Positions 51,455 through 59,927 of a stretch of DNA of 64,000 bases are shown piece after piece. Under the pieces are notes generated by a model. The model was not told the origin of the DNA and made no database searches. It worked only from the letters and a program-made list of their open reading frames with translations. The position numbers and the translations under genes are program-made. The DNA comes from an uncultured Lyngbya sp. (GTDB lineage: Bacteria; Cyanobacteriota; Cyanobacteriia; Cyanobacteriales; Microcoleaceae): NCBI GenBank assembly GCA_964434975.1, contig CAYSWY010000003.1, positions 42,663-106,662 on the forward strand, written 5' to 3'. Each line of letters opens with the position of its first letter. The stretch's first letter is position 1.

Positions 51455-52015
51455 ATGAAACTAAATCTAGATACTCCCAGCGACGAGGGACGCATTGAGT
51501 TATTACCGCTAATTGATGTGGTTTTTTGCATTTTGACCTTTTTTATCTTGGCGGCATTACAACTGACTCGTCAGCAAGCGATTACAGTGGATTTACCCCA
51601 AGCCAGTACTGGGGAAACCCAAATGCAAAAAATGCTGATTGTGGGGATTGATGCTCAGGGCCGAACTTACGTTGATCAGCAAGTATTAAACGCCAACCAA
51701 TTAGAACGGCAGTTGAAACGATTTAAACGTTGGAACCCCAGCGGGTTAATGGTATTGTATGCGCCCAAAGATGCCCGATATAACGATGTTGTTGGGGTTT
51801 TAGATCAAATGCGGGCTGTAGGTGGTTCGCGGGTTGCCTTGGCAACGTTACCCAGTTCTGCTGAAACCCCTGAAATTAATCCTCAAAATCCCGCCACACC
51901 CGGAACGAGTCCAGAACCGAGTATATTGTTACCCGCCCCAGGAGATGCTCCCCCAGCACCGAACCCATTTGCGCCAACTCCCAGTGCGCCGAGTTCTTCA
52001 GAGAGTCCGCAGTAG
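51455..52015 (+). CDS. exbD: ExbD/TolR-family protein with a Pro-rich C-terminal tail
   Basis: It contains IELLPLIDVVFCILTFFILAAL and starts 6 nt after exbB. The tail reads PATPGTSPEPSILLPAPGDAPPAPNPFAPTPSAPSS. Confidence 0.85.
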   Translation: MKLNLDTPSDEGRIELLPLIDVVFCILTFFILAALQLTRQQAITVDLPQASTGETQMQKMLIVGIDAQGRTYVDQQVLNANQLERQLKRFKRWNPSGLMVLYAPKDARYNDVVGVLDQMRAVGGSRVALATLPSSAETPEINPQNPATPGTSPEPSILLPAPGDAPPAPNPFAPTPSAPSSSESPQ

Positions 52016-52129
52016 AATTTCTAGATTATTAACGAGATTCGTAATCAAAATAGATGGATTTTTGTGTAAAGTGTCCTGGTAGAGTCAATCACACAATGGC
52101 GTGAATTAGCAATTAGATTAACCTCAAAC

Positions 52130-52774
52130 ATGAATCTTAAATCTTGTCTGTTTCACAGTATTTTAGGTCTCAGCATTGCTTTGTCTGTGCCTTTAGTTCA
52201 ACCGCAATTGCTTCGCGCCGAGAGCGGTGAAAAGGTTAGCGAAAATTACGAGAAACGACTATTTGATGCCGCTTTAGGGTTTACGTTGTATTTTGAAGGG
52301 GGATTTAGCAATCATCCAGCCGACAAAGGCGGTAGAACCTATCGCGGGATTTTGCAAACAGAATATAACGCTTATCGGGCGCAGCGCGGCTTACCGCCAT
52401 TGGATGTGGCACAAATATCCGATACGGAATTACTCGAAATTTATCAACAGTATTGGGATAGTAGTAAAGCGGCGGTGATGCATCCAGCCTTATCTATTGT
52501 GATGTTTGATACGGCGGTTAATTTTGGTATTAATAACTCAATTACGTTTTTACAACAAGCGTTAGGATTACCTCAAACGGGTGTTTTTGATAGTACGACT
52601 TGGGATGCGTTACAGAAGGGAAATAATCAGTTTACCGCGTTGCAAATGGTGAATGAGCGGATTCTTTACCGTTATAAACGAGTCCAAGAAGATCCGAGTC
52701 AAATGGCATTTTTTCAGGGTTGGATTAGCCGAGATTATAGTTTGTGGGGATATGTGGAAAAGATTAAAAATTAG
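52130..52774 (+). CDS. GH108-like muramidase with a PG_binding_3-like C-terminal domain
   Basis: It has a signal peptide and the block YFEGGFSNHPADKGGRTYRGI (GH108 EGG..N.P.D.GG.T..GI). The C-terminal half resembles the peptidoglycan-binding module that accompanies GH108. Confidence 0.65.
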   Translation: MNLKSCLFHSILGLSIALSVPLVQPQLLRAESGEKVSENYEKRLFDAALGFTLYFEGGFSNHPADKGGRTYRGILQTEYNAYRAQRGLPPLDVAQISDTELLEIYQQYWDSSKAAVMHPALSIVMFDTAVNFGINNSITFLQQALGLPQTGVFDSTTWDALQKGNNQFTALQMVNERILYRYKRVQEDPSQMAFFQGWISRDYSLWGYVEKIKN

Positions 52775-52784
52775 TGAATTCTAA

Positions 52785-52867
52785 ATTCTGACGGGCGCAT
52801 GCAATGCGCCCCTACCTGTCTCGCAGTCTCGCAGTCTCGCAGTCTCGGTGTCTCCTGACTCCTGACT
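52785..52867. repeat. Dispersed palindromic element, copy A' (inverted), with internal tandem repeats
   Basis: attctgacgggcgcatgcaatgcgcccctacc is the reverse complement of 30650-30681. It is followed by (gtctcgca) x3.7 at 52818-52847, the shared gactcggtgtctcctgac-type arm, and (cctgact) x2. Confidence 0.7.
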
Positions 52868-52880
52868 CCTTTTTACCTAT

Positions 52881-53513
52881 ATGAAATCTATTGTATTCTG
52901 TGATTTTGATGGAACGATCACAGTTCAAGAAACGTTTGTGGCGATGCTAAAACAATTTAGCCCTCTTGTTGCAGCCGAAATTATCCCACAATTATATAAT
53001 CGAACAATGACCCTCAGAGAAGGGGTTAAAATCATGTTAGAATCGATTCCTTCTTCTCGCTATTCAGAGGTGATTGAATTTTCCCGCGCTCAATTAATTC
53101 GACCGGGTTTAGTTGAGTTGATTGATTTTTTAGAGAGCAAAAATGTTCCTTTTGTCGTAGTTTCTGGAGGAATTAAATTAATGGTTGAAACGGTTTTAGA
53201 ACCCTTTAGAGATAAAATTGCTGGGATTTATGCCGTTAAAATTAATACGACCGGTGAATATTGGCAGGCTGAATCTGATTTTGAAGCAGGAACCGAATTA
53301 GTGGCAAAAGTTCAGGTAATGGATTTATATTCAGCCGATGAAAAGATTGCCATTGGAGATTCAATTACTGATTTAAATATGGCGTTAACTGCGCCGATTG
53401 TATTTGCTCGCGATCGCTTGGCAAACTATTTAGATGAACAAGGAAAAGCTTATATTCCTTGGCAAGATTTTTTCGATATTAGAGATTATTTAGCCCAATA
53501 TTGGCAAGTCTGA
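52881..53513 (+). CDS. HAD-IB phosphatase, MtnX-like
   Basis: It contains IVFCDFDGTIT, a TLREGV..M...IPSS block, VVSGG, IGDSITD, FARDRL and WQDFFDIRDYL. This parallels B. subtilis MtnX as I recall it. Confidence 0.65.
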   Translation: MKSIVFCDFDGTITVQETFVAMLKQFSPLVAAEIIPQLYNRTMTLREGVKIMLESIPSSRYSEVIEFSRAQLIRPGLVELIDFLESKNVPFVVVSGGIKLMVETVLEPFRDKIAGIYAVKINTTGEYWQAESDFEAGTELVAKVQVMDLYSADEKIAIGDSITDLNMALTAPIVFARDRLANYLDEQGKAYIPWQDFFDIRDYLAQYWQV

Positions 53514-53627
53514 GAATGAGAAGATTAAACTGAGCAAAAAATTTATTAAGCAAAACTAAAATATAATATTTTTTGTTATATAATGTTTTTTATAGCTTAA
53601 TTTTTTTTTCAAAACAGGGAGCATGAT

Positions 53628-54668
53628 ATGGCGGAGTTTACACGTATTTTATCCATTGATGGGGGAGGGTTGAGAGGACTTATTCCTGCTCAGGTTTTAG
53701 TGTATGTTGAACAGCAACTGCAAGAAAAAACAGGAAATCCTGATGCGAGAATTGCTGATTATTTTGATTTATTTGCCGGGACAAGCGCCGGAGGTATTTC
53801 ATCCTGTTTGTATCTTGCCCCCGATCCAAAAACCGGAAAACGACCCAGATATCAAGCTGAAGATGTGGTAAATTTCTTCTTAAGAGAAGGACACCGTGTA
53901 TTTTATAAGTCTTTACTCCATACAATTAAAAATTTAGGGGGATTTATCAATGAAAAGTATTCCCATTATGAATTCCAACAATTATCCAGTGACTTTTTAG
54001 GGGATTTAAAACTGAGTGAATTATTAAAGCCTTGTTTAATTACAGCTTATGATATTGAAAATCGAAAAACACACTTTTTCACTCAACACGATGCTCAATT
54101 TGATCCCGGACAAGACTATTTAGTCAGAGATGTTTTAAGGGCAACTTCAGCCGCACCCACCTTTTTTGAAGTCGCTCAAGTGTTGTCTTTGACTCAAGAA
54201 GCCTATCACTTAGTAGACGGGGGAGTATTTGCCAATAATCCGTCACTGTGTGCTTATGCAGAAGTCCGAAATAAGTTTAATCATGCTTCTGGACTTAAAA
54301 TGAATCAAGAAAAAAGCCCCACAGCAAAAGAGATGGTGATTTTATCATTAGGGACTGGAGATGTTAAGAAAGCCTATTTGTATCAACAAGCGAAAGACTG
54401 GGGAAATATTAGCTGGTTGATTCCTTTATTTGATATTATTATGACAGGGGTCGCAGAAACAGTTGATTATCAAATTAAACAAATTTATGATGCCATAGAA
54501 AGCCCAGATCAATATCTCAGAATTAATCCGACTTTACCGAAAAAAGGAGTGTTACCCATAGATGATGCCTCTCCAGAAAATTTAGCCGCCATTCAGCAAC
54601 TCGGACAAGAACAAACTTTAAAATGTCAGCAAGAGTTAGATAAATTTATTGATTTACTCTTAATTTAA
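53628..54668 (+). CDS. Patatin-like phospholipase
   Basis: The oxyanion motif is SIDGGGLRG, the nucleophile elbow is GTSAGG, and the catalytic Asp lies in VDGGVFANNP. Confidence 0.9.
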   Translation: MAEFTRILSIDGGGLRGLIPAQVLVYVEQQLQEKTGNPDARIADYFDLFAGTSAGGISSCLYLAPDPKTGKRPRYQAEDVVNFFLREGHRVFYKSLLHTIKNLGGFINEKYSHYEFQQLSSDFLGDLKLSELLKPCLITAYDIENRKTHFFTQHDAQFDPGQDYLVRDVLRATSAAPTFFEVAQVLSLTQEAYHLVDGGVFANNPSLCAYAEVRNKFNHASGLKMNQEKSPTAKEMVILSLGTGDVKKAYLYQQAKDWGNISWLIPLFDIIMTGVAETVDYQIKQIYDAIESPDQYLRINPTLPKKGVLPIDDASPENLAAIQQLGQEQTLKCQQELDKFIDLLLI

Positions 54669-54776
54669 ATGAATTTAAATTCTTGATCAATATAAAATTT
54701 GTAACTTTTCTAAGCAATCAACGAATGAGCCTAAGCTACTATAAACAAAGAGACTGCACTGCGGAGAATCTATTCT

Positions 54777-55619
54777 ATGTTCAAAGATGCACGCCATGCC
54801 CAAATTTTATTTCTCGCCTCATTTCTAATTTTAGGAATTAGTACCCGCGACTGGACAGTTCATCCGCAACAGATTATTGCTGTCATTGTCAGTTGTTTAT
54901 TCACCCAAACCATCGCCACCCTTGTAGTCACTTGGAATCTGCAACCCAATTCCGCCACTCGACAGCCCTTTTATTCGGCTTGGAAAAGCGCCTTAATTAC
55001 CGCCTTAGGACTGTGCTTATTATTACGAACCAATCACCCGATGACAATGGCTTTAGCGGGAAGTTTAGCCATTGCCAGTAAATTTTTATTTCGTTATCAA
55101 GGAAAGCATTTTTTTAATCCAGCGAACTTTGGGATTATTGCCACTTTACTATTGACTCAAGATGCATGGGTTTCTCCCGGACAATGGGGGACAGACTGGT
55201 GGTATTTCCTATTATTTGCAGCCACAGGCGGTATGATTTTAAAACAAGTCGGACGCTGGGAAACCTCTGCTGTGTTTTTAGGAGTCTATGCCAGCTTAGA
55301 AGCCCTGAGAAACCTATGGTTAGGCTGGAGTTGGGATGTTTATACCCATCACCTCACCAGCGGCAGTTTATTGCTATTTGCCCTATTTATGTTAACGGAC
55401 CCCCGTTCGATTCCAAATGCTCGTTGGAGTCGTATAATATGGGCAACTGCAATTGCCTGGGTCACCTTTGTCTTACAACATCAATTCTTCGTCACAACGG
55501 CCATTTTTTGGGCGCTATTTTTCCTATCGCCATTAACTTTAATTCTAGACTCAATGTGGTCAGAATCTCGCTTTAATTGGGGTGCATCTCGAATTGTTGC
55601 TAATTCTAAATCATCATGA
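54777..55619 (+). CDS. NqrB/RnfD-superfamily-like integral membrane protein (short form)
   Basis: It contains KHFFNPANFGIIATLL and LFALFMLTDPRSIP, resembling the RnfD/NqrB H.FNPA and F.MxTDP.T blocks. It has about 8 TM helices. I found no obvious FMN-attachment SGAT motif. Confidence 0.5.
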   Translation: MFKDARHAQILFLASFLILGISTRDWTVHPQQIIAVIVSCLFTQTIATLVVTWNLQPNSATRQPFYSAWKSALITALGLCLLLRTNHPMTMALAGSLAIASKFLFRYQGKHFFNPANFGIIATLLLTQDAWVSPGQWGTDWWYFLLFAATGGMILKQVGRWETSAVFLGVYASLEALRNLWLGWSWDVYTHHLTSGSLLLFALFMLTDPRSIPNARWSRIIWATAIAWVTFVLQHQFFVTTAIFWALFFLSPLTLILDSMWSESRFNWGASRIVANSKSS

Positions 55620-56935
55620 TGAAAATTCCTCGAATTTTACTGGTATTCTTTCTCATACTAGTAACGTTGATTTTTGCTCCAACACCCGTCTGGGCATTTT
55701 GTGGGTTTTATGTGGCAAAAGCAGACGCAAGTTTGTATAACCAAGCCTCTCAAGTAATTTTAGCCCGAGATGGTAACCGCACTATTCTCACGATGGCAAA
55801 TGACTATCAAGGGGCAGTCAAAGATTTTGCTTTAGTGGTACCTGTCCCGGTAGTTTTGAGTCAAGATCAAGTGTGGGTAGGAGAGACTAAAATTATCGAA
55901 CGAATGGATGCTTTTAGCGCCCCTCGGTTAGTAGAATATTTCGATGAAGATCCTTGTGCTGAGAGATTTCCAGCCATCATGAGAGGGACTCGAGGGGGGC
56001 CTGCAAATATGACGTTAGAGTCAGCCCCTGCGCCTCAAAGTGATAGCAGTTTAGGGATTACAATTGAATCTCAATTTACTGTCGGAGAGTACGATATTTT
56101 AATTTTAAGTGCAAAAGAATCCGACGGTTTAGAAACTTGGTTAATTCAAAATGGTTACAAAATTCCACCGGATGCCGCTTCATTATTACAGCCTTATATT
56201 CGTCAGAATATGAAGTTTTTTGTCGCGAAAGTTAACTTAGCTGAATTTAATCAAAAAGAATTTCAAAGCTTAAGCCCGTTAGTGATGGCTTATGAATCTC
56301 CTCGTTTTATGTTACCGATTCGTTTAGGCATGGTCAATAGTCAAGATGAACAGGATTTAATTGTCTATTTATTGTCGCCGAAAGGGGAAACAGAATTAGT
56401 GAATTATCGCACCGTTAAAATTCCGTCTAATCTTGAAATTCCAGAATTTGTTAAACAAGAGTTTGTCGGATTTTATCGGTCAATGTTTCAAAAAGCCTAT
56501 GAACGTCATCAGAAAAAGGCGGCGTTTTTAGAATATGCTTGGAATATGAGTAATTGTGATCCATGTTCGGCTGAACCTTTAAGCGATGAAGAACTTAAAC
56601 AAGCGGGTGTATTCTGGTTAGATTCAGGACGAAATTCACAGGTTTTTATTAGTCGAATTCATTTGCGGTATACGCGGCAGAATTTCCCCGAAGATTTACA
56701 GTTTCAAGAAACAGCGAATCAGCAATTATTTCAAGGTCGTTATGTGATTACTCATCCCTACAGAGGTGAATTAAAATGTGAGGCAGCAAACGATTATATT
56801 ATTAGTATGAGAGAACAGCAAGAACAAGAAATTCAAAATTTAGCAGAATTAACCCATTGGAAAATAGATGATATTCGTCGTCGAGTTGATTTTGTTAATC
56901 CTCCAGTAGAAAGTAGGCCCTGGTGGCGACGGTAA
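55616..56935 (+). CDS. DUF2330-like exported protein
   Basis: Its start overlaps the stop of the upstream gene (ATGA). A signal peptide ends in PVWA, followed by FCGFYVAKADASLYNQASQVILARDGNRTILTMANDY...FALVVPVP. This matches the N-terminal signature I associate with DUF2330. Confidence 0.55.
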   Translation: MMKIPRILLVFFLILVTLIFAPTPVWAFCGFYVAKADASLYNQASQVILARDGNRTILTMANDYQGAVKDFALVVPVPVVLSQDQVWVGETKIIERMDAFSAPRLVEYFDEDPCAERFPAIMRGTRGGPANMTLESAPAPQSDSSLGITIESQFTVGEYDILILSAKESDGLETWLIQNGYKIPPDAASLLQPYIRQNMKFFVAKVNLAEFNQKEFQSLSPLVMAYESPRFMLPIRLGMVNSQDEQDLIVYLLSPKGETELVNYRTVKIPSNLEIPEFVKQEFVGFYRSMFQKAYERHQKKAAFLEYAWNMSNCDPCSAEPLSDEELKQAGVFWLDSGRNSQVFISRIHLRYTRQNFPEDLQFQETANQQLFQGRYVITHPYRGELKCEAANDYIISMREQQEQEIQNLAELTHWKIDDIRRRVDFVNPPVESRPWWRR

Positions 56936-56939
56936 ATTA

Positions 56940-57080
56940 GGTGATAGGTTATCGGTGATAGGTTATATAGCAATTCATTTATTATTTGTAAACGCCATTG
57001 CCCCCAAACCCCCAATTATGGGGGCTTAGATGAGCGATTTTTCGCGCGTTCAAGTAACATTGCTATAGGTGATAGGTTAT
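56940..57080. repeat. Compound repeat: three copies of GGTGATAGGTTAT plus an inverted TATAGCAAT/ATTGCTATA pair around a CCCCCA-ATTA-TGGGGG hairpin
   Basis: The 13-mer occurs at 56940-56952, 56954-56966 and 57068-57080. The inverted 9-10-mers are at 56965-56974 and 57059-57068. The hairpin lies at about 57010-57025. Confidence 0.65.
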
Positions 57081-57162
57081 ACAGGAGGTTGCGAGTCGTC
57101 TACTGACAAATAGTCCGATCAGTCGTAATGCCGAAATCAGAGATAAAATCAGCATTTCTCTC

Positions 57163-57221
57163 CCCTAATACCTAACACCTAAAACCTAAAACCTAAAACC
57201 TAACACCTGCGCGCTGCGCTA
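57163..57221. repeat. (ACCTAAA/ACCTAAC)n heptamer tract plus a CACCTGCGCG..GCGCTAT block
   Basis: The sequence cctaatacctaacacctaaaacctaaaacctaaaacctaacacctgcgcgctgcgctat shares the heptamers and the 3' block with 19203-19250. Confidence 0.65.
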
Positions 57222-59438
57222 TCAATCTTCGGGTAAGGCTTGCCAAAATGGAACTTCTTGACCCTCGCGGGTGGTATTAATTGAGCCTTGAAGATTGCCC
57301 TTAAGTTCTTGATAGTAACTATCGTCGAGAAAGTTAATCTGAATGCCTGCAATAGCGAGTCGTTGTTTTAAGTCTTCCTGGAAATAATCTCGACCATCAA
57401 TTAGGGGGCCACGAGGATTAGAAACTAACAATTCTCCATTAATATAAACTGAATTAATTAAGTTCGGCCACCAAGCATATCCACTATAACCAAATAATAC
57501 CGGAACTTGAATAATTTGTTCATCTTTTAAGTTAAGTTCCTGCTTTAATTGTCTCAGAATCGGATCAATATTTTGCTGTTGTAAATTGCGATTATGTTGA
57601 ATTAAAACTTGATTATTTAAGGCAGCCCGAACTGTCGTTTGAGTACTTAAACCCCGATTTAATGCCGCCCCTTCATATCCCGTTTCCGCCAATTCTTCTA
57701 ATAGTTCAATTCCCGCTTCTGGACTAACAATTAATAACAAGGGTTCTCCCGTTTGACTGGGAATAAAACTAATAATTTCATCCACATGACGCAACATTAA
57801 CCAAGAGGTATCAATTTCAATCGGCGGCCCTTGAACTTTTTGGGCTTTAATAAACTCAACCACATCCGGATGTAGGGTTTCCTCCTCTGCTTTCCCATAA
57901 TAAATTCGCCCCATGGGATAATTGGGTAACGGCGGTGTCACCGCTAAATTACTATATCCATCTAACCATTGATTTAATGGATCTAAAACTCGTGATTTTC
58001 CCATTTCAAACCAACCAAAATTTCGACTCATCAACGATTGACTGTAATCCTTATTTTCTCCCACCCTATTTCCTTTTAAACTAACAGGATATTGATGCAC
58101 ACCTGAAGCATTCGGAAACTGAACATAGCCAATTTCTGTGGTATCTTGCATCCAAGCCGTTTCCCCTGATGTAATTTTTGTCGTTGCCCCGGTAGCCTCA
58201 GCCACTTGTTTGACTTGATTAATAATCTCTTGATTGCCGATTCTATCGCTTAAATGCACTTGAGAAACAGCAGCAGTATCGGGTGTCATAATCCAGGGTG
58301 CAACGCCCATTTGAATCGAATCTGAAGCAATTTCTTCACCATATTGACGGGCAGTTGCTGTTAATGTCACTAACCCTGTCCAATTTCGATGAGCAAATTG
58401 TTTCGCTTCAATTCCGAGTATAATCTCATCATTTAATTGTAACGGTTCTTCACCCGATAAATCCACCGGTTGCCAACCTTGAACCGTCTTTTGAAACAGA
58501 TTAATATAAGATTTTGCTTCCGCATCAGCCGTCATATAAATTTCGGCATTTTCGTATTCACCAGATAATTTAAAATGAATCGGTGCCAAATCTTCAGCAT
58601 CATATTCACCATTGACTTGTTGATCTTGCCAATCCGGTAAACCATCGCGGTTATCATCATCATTATTAAACAAAATTAACGGCCCGTTGGCAACTGACCA
58701 TTGTTGGGGCCGAACTTCATCAGCGGCATTCACTTCCCCATCTCGGTTGCTATCGCCATACAAGGCAAAACCGGAAAATTCAGGGGTAATAACAGTCTGT
58801 TGCCGTTGCGGTTGGGTGGGTGTTTGCTGTAAATTTGGAGGCTGAACTTCCGACTGGTTAGCTAAAGCAAATTCGTAGGTGGCGATCGCTAAATAACCTT
58901 GATATTCTATAATTTTATCGATAGCCGATACACTGCGAAAGGTATCACTGGGAATTTGCCGCAAGAAATCAATCGCCTGTAACCAATACTGTTGCGCCAG
59001 TGGCCAGTTTTGATCTTCTCCGGCTGTTACCGCCTGCCTGGCTTGACCTAAAGCCGACTCCCAGAGTTGATCGACGGTTTCTTCAATTGAGATGCGCTGT
59101 AGAGTCATTTTCTCGGCTTCAAGCAACGCCTCGTAACGTTGGCGCTGTAGTTCATATTCCCAAGCCGCAACGGAGGGATCAAACTTCGGTGGCCCCGATT
59201 TTTGGGCTAACTCAGCCGCAATGCGATCGCGCAATTGATATAATTCTTCTAGAGATGTTGGTGTAATTTCAGTCATCTCTAAAGTCGGTGGTGTTTGAAA
59301 CGTCTGCCCCGACTCTTCTATTTGATATTGTGAGTTTAAAGACTGAGTTAAAGCGGCTGGACTTGGAACAAGAATAATGCCCACAACCACCCCAACTGTA
59401 TTAACTACTGCAACAGCAACGTAGCGAATCCAATTCAT
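57222..59438 (-). CDS. Membrane-anchored protein-arginine deiminase (PAD) family homologue, predicted to lack the catalytic Cys
   Basis: The C-terminal ~400 aa are colinear by eye with vertebrate PAD catalytic domains. Matching blocks are AWMQDTTEIGYVQ, SNLAVTPPLPNYPMGRIYYG, SWLMLRHVDEIISFIPS and the C-terminus FLDDSYYQELKGNLQGSINTTRE..PFWQALP. It has an N-terminal TM helix. Confidence 0.8.
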   Translation of the reverse strand: MNWIRYVAVAVVNTVGVVVGIILVPSPAALTQSLNSQYQIEESGQTFQTPPTLEMTEITPTSLEELYQLRDRIAAELAQKSGPPKFDPSVAAWEYELQRQRYEALLEAEKMTLQRISIEETVDQLWESALGQARQAVTAGEDQNWPLAQQYWLQAIDFLRQIPSDTFRSVSAIDKIIEYQGYLAIATYEFALANQSEVQPPNLQQTPTQPQRQQTVITPEFSGFALYGDSNRDGEVNAADEVRPQQWSVANGPLILFNNDDDNRDGLPDWQDQQVNGEYDAEDLAPIHFKLSGEYENAEIYMTADAEAKSYINLFQKTVQGWQPVDLSGEEPLQLNDEIILGIEAKQFAHRNWTGLVTLTATARQYGEEIASDSIQMGVAPWIMTPDTAAVSQVHLSDRIGNQEIINQVKQVAEATGATTKITSGETAWMQDTTEIGYVQFPNASGVHQYPVSLKGNRVGENKDYSQSLMSRNFGWFEMGKSRVLDPLNQWLDGYSNLAVTPPLPNYPMGRIYYGKAEEETLHPDVVEFIKAQKVQGPPIEIDTSWLMLRHVDEIISFIPSQTGEPLLLIVSPEAGIELLEELAETGYEGAALNRGLSTQTTVRAALNNQVLIQHNRNLQQQNIDPILRQLKQELNLKDEQIIQVPVLFGYSGYAWWPNLINSVYINGELLVSNPRGPLIDGRDYFQEDLKQRLAIAGIQINFLDDSYYQELKGNLQGSINTTREGQEVPFWQALPED

Positions 59439-59580
59439 CAGTTCTCCTCAAATACCGAGATTGATTGTAGCAAGATATAGGCTTGAAAAACAATATTTCT
59501 ATTGCAGAAAACGGCTTTGCAACAGGAAGACAAATAATGATTATATCAAATCCCGATGCCCTCACCCCACCCTCCGGGCA

Positions 59581-59606
59581 CCCCTCTCCCAATCTTGGGA
59601 GAGGGG
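59581..59606. repeat. Perfect 12-bp-stem palindrome
   Basis: The sequence cccctctcccaa-tc-ttgggagagggg lies inside a G/C-rich block (ccctcaccccaccctccggg...gggagaggg) between the HNH and PAD genes. Confidence 0.7.
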
Positions 59607-59625
59607 AAGGGGGAGAGGGCTTTTA

Positions 59626-59871
59626 CTATCTATAAAAGCGATCAAAACGCGGATCTAGAGAGTCTCGTTTACGAATATTACAACGACGGCAAAGGGTTTG
59701 TAACTTGCTGATATCATTGCTACCCCCTCTTGCTAAAGGAATAATATGATCGATGGTTAATTCTGTTTGTTGATTATTGCGCCCACAACTTTTACAACAA
59801 TAGTGATCGCGTTCAAATACATATTTCCTAACGACTGAGGGGATAACAATTCGCGGGGTTTTAGAATTCAT
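59626..59871 (-). CDS. Small HNH endonuclease
   Basis: The 81-aa protein contains CCKSCGRNNQQTELTIDHIIPLARGGSNDISKLQTLCRRCNIRK, that is CxxC...DH...N...CxxC. Confidence 0.85.
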   Translation of the reverse strand: MNSKTPRIVIPSVVRKYVFERDHYCCKSCGRNNQQTELTIDHIIPLARGGSNDISKLQTLCRRCNIRKRDSLDPRFDRFYR

Positions 59872-59887
59872 TGACTATTTATTTTTT

Positions 59888-59927
59888 GTAGGGTGCATCC
59901 GACAGACGCACCTTATTATTATTAGTT
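59888..59927. repeat. GTAGGGTGC..GCACC hairpin plus TTATTATTATTAGTT, copy 1
   Basis: The sequence gtagggtgcatccgacagacgcaccttattattattagtt overlaps the stop codon of the KGK gene. Confidence 0.7.

Noticed and set aside
50630-52015. The MotA/ExbB-like plus ExbD pair as a Zorya-type (ZorAB) defence stator
   Set aside because: Their sizes (272 and 186 aa) and motifs fit ordinary ExbB and ExbD. ZorA is far larger, and no ZorC/D-like helicase or nuclease genes follow.
30631-52867. The inverted copies of the 51-nt palindromic element as the boundaries of a 22-kb mobile or invertible segment
   Set aside because: The interval contains ordinary housekeeping genes (prxQ, deoC-like, kinases, exbBD) and no recombinase or transposase. 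The element is itself a hairpin of a dispersed family, so its orientation carries little meaning.
53628-54668. The patatin gene as a CBASS (CapV-like) effector
   Set aside because: No CD-NTase/cyclase, no Cap2/Cap3, and no other defence partner lies nearby. Its neighbours are a HAD phosphatase and membrane proteins. It looks like a stand-alone lipase.
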